Below are positions 32,981-34,735 of a stretch of 34,735 nucleotides of DNA, in pieces. The translations under genes were made by a program, and so were the position numbers. The first letter of the stretch is position 1. Every line of letters starts with the position of its first letter. The notes beneath the pieces are model-generated. The model searched no databases, was not told the origin of the DNA, and saw only the letters and a list, made by a program, of their open reading frames with translations. This stretch comes from a virus (lineage: Duplodnaviria > Caudoviricetes). Location of the stretch: positions 1-34,735 of the IMG/VR virus record IMGVR_UViG_3300011334_000294. One strand, 5' to 3'.

Positions 32981-34735
32981 ATGAGTGAGGATCGCACGAA
33001 ATTCATAGAGTATATAACGGGATTGGCGGCAGATAATGTCGGCGAGACAGCCCTTGTTGTGCGGCAGAAGCCGCAGCACGACAGCGACGGCAACATGATA
33101 TTCCACGCAGACGGCGCGCCGAAGGCGACGTTCCCTGCGTTCCTGCCAGAAAAGACCCGCATGAAAGAAGGCGAGGCATGGTACGTCAACACAGGCTCGT
33201 TCATCGTTGACCGCTTTGTAGACGGCAAGCCGTCGGCCAAGTCGAGCAACGTCGAGTATGTGCTGTTCATGATGCTGGACGACGTCGGCACTAAGTCAAA
33301 AGAACCGCCGCTTGCGCCGACATGGGTATTGGAAACCAGCGAAGGTTCGTTCCAGTGGGGCTACGCGTTCAGCGAACAACCAAAGAAGGGCGACTTCTGC
33401 GCTGCCATCAAGGCCATCGCGGACGCTGGCTACACTGATCCCGGCGCGACTAACGCTGTCCGCAACTGCCGTATTCCCGGCAGCGTCAACCTGAAGCAGG
33501 GGCGCAACAACTTTCCTGCGCGGCTGGTATCGTTCAACCCTGAGCGTGAATACACGCTGGACGAGATATGCAAGGCGCTGGACGTTACGCCAGAGGAGGG
33601 CGACACAGCCGAATATAAAGCGGTGCAGTTGCGCGACACTGGACTAGACAACGTCCTGACATGGCTTGCCGAAAAGAACCTAGTCTTGTCGCACGTCAAC
33701 GCTGACGGCTGGTGCGCCATCGTCTGCCCTAACCATGAGCAACACAGCGACGGCATGATTGAGGCGCGCTACAAGCCGCTCGACCGTTCGTTCTGCTGCT
33801 ACCATGGGCATTGCCAAGACTTAGACAGTCGCACCTTTCTTGATTGGGTAGCCAATGAAGGCGGCCCGAAGGTAACGCCGGGCTTGCGTGATGAACTAAT
33901 CGCTGAACGTCTGGCGTCGATGTATGAGAAAATCTCACCAACCGAAGCGTTCCCCGATGAGGCCGCAGCGCGTGTGCGTGAGGTCGAAAAGAAAGAGGCG
34001 GGACGGCTGGAACAAAGCGAGTGGTTCGAGCGTTTCGCGTATATCCAGTCCGATGACTGCTATTTCGACATGGTGACGCGTCAAGAGATAGCACGTAACG
34101 TCTTCAACGCCCTGTTCCGTCACGTTGACTGCCGCTCCATCCACAAAAAGACGCAGCGCGTGCAGTCGTCCATCTATTTTGACGAGCGCCGTCAGGATCG
34201 CGGTGCGCCTGCGCTGGCTGCCGTGACGTTCGCCGCTGGCGATGATACCTTGGTGACGCGCGACGGGTTGGTTTACGGCAACCGCTGGGTGGATGGCCGC
34301 CCTGACGTGTCGGACAGCGACACAATCGCCGATTATGACGTAGAGCCGTGGCTTCAGCACTGCCGCGACTTGATAGCGGATGATAAGGAGTTAGACCATA
34401 TCCTCGACGCTATGGCGTTCAAGATACAGCATCCGAACGTCAAGATTAACCATGCCATCCTGATTGGCGGCGATGAAGGCGTTGGTAAGGACAGTATGTT
34501 CCAGCCGTTCCTTTGGGCGCTGGGCGGTCAGCACTGGCGCAATCGGTCAGTCATTGAGGCTGGCGGGTTGGACAGCCAGTGGGGCTATGCGCTTGAGGCT
34601 GAAGTTGTCATCCTGAACGAGTTGAAGGAACAAGAGGCGCGCGAACGCCGCGCTATGGCTAACAAGTTGAAGCCGCTGATTGCTGCGCCACCTGAAACGC
34701 TGACAGGCAACCGCAAGGGGATGCACCCATACGAG
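32981..34735 (+). CDS. primase-helicase (RepB-like primase, Zn domain, SF3-like NTPase); 3'-truncated
   Basis: Missing from the ORF track because it has no stop in the window. MLDD, ETSEGSFQWGY, RIPGS.N, CPNHEQH..CYHGHC, Walker A GDEGVGKD, Walker B VILNE. Confidence 0.9.
   Translation, partial: MSEDRTKFIEYITGLAADNVGETALVVRQKPQHDSDGNMIFHADGAPKATFPAFLPEKTRMKEGEAWYVNTGSFIVDRFVDGKPSAKSSNVEYVLFMMLDDVGTKSKEPPLAPTWVLETSEGSFQWGYAFSEQPKKGDFCAAIKAIADAGYTDPGATNAVRNCRIPGSVNLKQGRNNFPARLVSFNPEREYTLDEICKALDVTPEEGDTAEYKAVQLRDTGLDNVLTWLAEKNLVLSHVNADGWCAIVCPNHEQHSDGMIEARYKPLDRSFCCYHGHCQDLDSRTFLDWVANEGGPKVTPGLRDELIAERLASMYEKISPTEAFPDEAAARVREVEKKEAGRLEQSEWFERFAYIQSDDCYFDMVTRQEIARNVFNALFRHVDCRSIHKKTQRVQSSIYFDERRQDRGAPALAAVTFAAGDDTLVTRDGLVYGNRWVDGRPDVSDSDTIADYDVEPWLQHCRDLIADDKELDHILDAMAFKIQHPNVKINHAILIGGDEGVGKDSMFQPFLWALGGQHWRNRSVIEAGGLDSQWGYALEAEVVILNELKEQEARERRAMANKLKPLIAAPPETLTGNRKGMHPYE

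Overview
This window looks like an almost complete, circularly permuted ~35 kb podovirus genome. It starts and ends inside what appears to be the same primase-helicase gene. Layout: (1) 329-4725, a leftward operon of about 20 small early/accessory genes; (2) 4726-5466, an AT-rich control region with divergent promoters, a phased G(C/A)CTA iteron-like array and a likely packaging/terminus signal; (3) 5467-26801, a rightward P22-like morphogenesis and lysis operon (terS, terL, portal, scaffold, coat, gp4/gp10-like adaptors, fibre, tailspike, three ejection proteins, M15 endolysin, holins); (4) 26805-34735, an APSE-like replication module (SNF2 helicase and VRR-NUC leftward; Cas4-like nuclease, SSB, family A polymerase and primase-helicase rightward). 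I recognise no integrase or repressor. The strongest new signal is a ~66-nt two-hairpin RNA at 264-330 with its own promoter and terminator. Its two loops (UUGCUCC and UCCUCACUC) are complementary to motifs at the translation starts of at least seven early/replication genes, and the four loop-2 targets each lie in a hairpin loop. This suggests an sRNA-based master switch. Also notable: a stand-alone protein resembling the C-terminal tRNA-binding/zinc domain of isoleucyl-tRNA synthetase, a 25-aa peptide resembling the SSB C-terminal tail, and a pseudoknot before the scaffold gene. All family assignments come from motif recognition by eye; no searches were run.
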